The translations under genes and the position numbers were made by a program. The notes below the pieces were generated by a model. That model saw only the letters and a program-made list of their open reading frames with translations, had not been told where the DNA came from and made no database searches. DNA of 64,000 bases from Marsupella aquatica (lineage: Eukaryota > Plantae > Marchantiophyta). How positions within the stretch are numbered: position 1 is the stretch's first letter; each line of letters opens with the position of its first letter. The stretch covers positions 21,504,513-21,568,512 of the forward strand of contig OZ316891.1 of the NCBI GenBank assembly GCA_973895155.1. Reading direction: 5' to 3'. Positions 62,760 through 64,000 of the stretch are shown here, piece after piece.

Positions 62760-63387
62760 ATCTCAAATACCTATGTGCAATGGATGGGTTATTGAACACA
62801 AACACAAAAGTGTATGGCCCAGATCATGACACACAACATTTCTTGATAACTACATCATAAAGCTTATAATTTCCTGTCTCGCCTTGGCATACTTTTCACC
62901 TCTACATGTTTTTCTAATCAACATATTTATCTCTCCTCAACATCTTTTCCTTGCTTTGCCATTTTTTCTCATCTTTTCTCACATTGATATCTTTATTGGA
63001 TCACAACATTTTTTCACACTTTGACACTATTCCCACCTTGACATCTTAACTTTTTAATTCTCATCTCGTCACCTAGCTTTTTTTTATCTCACCACGACAT
63101 TTTAATTTCCCTTACCCTCAATATCTTTTCTCTCCTCGACATCTTTTCCTCATCTTGACATTTTTTTTCTCACCTCACCATATTTTCTCTCCTCAACATA
63201 TTTTTTTCATCTTGACCTCTTTTCCTCAGTGTACTTCGGCATTATTTTCTCTCATCAACATATTTTTTCATCTTGATGTCTTTTTCTCACTTTGATATCC
63301 TTTCTAACTCAACAATTTTTTCTTCACTTTGATGTTTTTCTCACCTCAACATGGATCTTTTGTGCAACACATAGGTATTGAGCTAGT
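62760..63387 (+). mobile_element. Non-autonomous Helitron-like element with pyrimidine-rich internal tandem repeats
   Basis: 3' end tgtgcaacacatagg..gagCTAG-T (degenerate hairpin plus CTAG at 63383-63386). Related ctcaaatacctatgtg at the left end. Internal repeats are the reverse complement of 1-426. Confidence 0.55.
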
Positions 63388-64000
63388 TATATATACTCGG
63401 GCGTCTCACTATATGGATGCCTCCCTATCACCTGCAAAGGCCCCGGACCCCCTAAAATGTAAGCAAAAATAATAAGTTTTCAACCCCTATAAGTTGAAAT
63501 ATTCAAAACATTGGTTTGAAAAACCCTAATGTTCTTGTAAATCTCAAAATTGGATTTAAAAGACCCTATTCTTATTCTGAGAAAATTCTTAAGTTTTTCC
63601 CTTTGAACCAATAAAAAGACCCTATCCTTTGTCGCACATGATGTGTCATTTTTGTGGAAGTGAAACCTGCGAGTATATATATAACACTGCCAGAAGAAAG
63701 GAATGTCAAACAAGGAGACTTGGCAAAAGGATCCAATAACAGGAGGGAAATGAGAAGACAGAAAGGCTGACCCGAGAGACACGGAAAAAGGACCAGCCCA
63801 TTAAAGGCAGGGAAAAGAGAAAACCCACGAGAAGGCCAACCTTCCTTACTTTTAGTGCCTTTTATGAAAGCAGTGCGTATTTATATTTACGGACCCCCAT
63901 GAGAGGTCTCTTGCAAATTCCCTACCACAAGGTTGCACCACATTACCACAACCAGCCACAAACAGGAATGATCCTACTTTTAACAACAACAAACATGCAC

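Noticed and set aside
62240-62760. Possible TIR element (agcggttactcag / ctcagtggccgct)
   Set aside because: Match too short and degenerate; no TSD could be established.
1-64000. tRNA/rRNA genes or prokaryotic operons
   Set aside because: None recognisable; the only tRNA-related sequences are retrotransposon primer-binding sites.

Overview
Eukaryotic land-plant DNA, most consistent with a moss/bryophyte (moss-type PLS PPR repeats, 4-exon plastid ACP gene). The first ~36 kb is transposon-rich and the last ~28 kb is gene-poor. 427-18669 is an 18.2-kb CACTA (En/Spm) element with an apparently intact spliced transposase and a multi-exon TnpA-like gene. It also carries three intact, intronless, co-oriented accessory ORFs: a stand-alone EDM2-type triple PHD finger, a tandem BRCT protein resembling the DNA polymerase lambda BRCT, and a Cys/His-rich orphan. 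A decayed captured RPL18a exon is also present. This accessory cassette is the best candidate for an undescribed system. 19405-30730 is a decayed Ty1/copia element with nested insertions: a second CACTA and two solo LTRs of a family making 4-bp CCGN target duplications. After it come a plastid ACP gene, a PPR pseudogene, and two intronless fungal-type allantoate-permease (Dal5-like) MFS genes (one complete, one 5'-truncated; probable fungus-to-plant HGT) flanking an unusual intronless RLK/Pelle-type kinase. MITEs and Helitron-like repeats are also present. All family assignments come from motif recognition by eye; no database searches were run.
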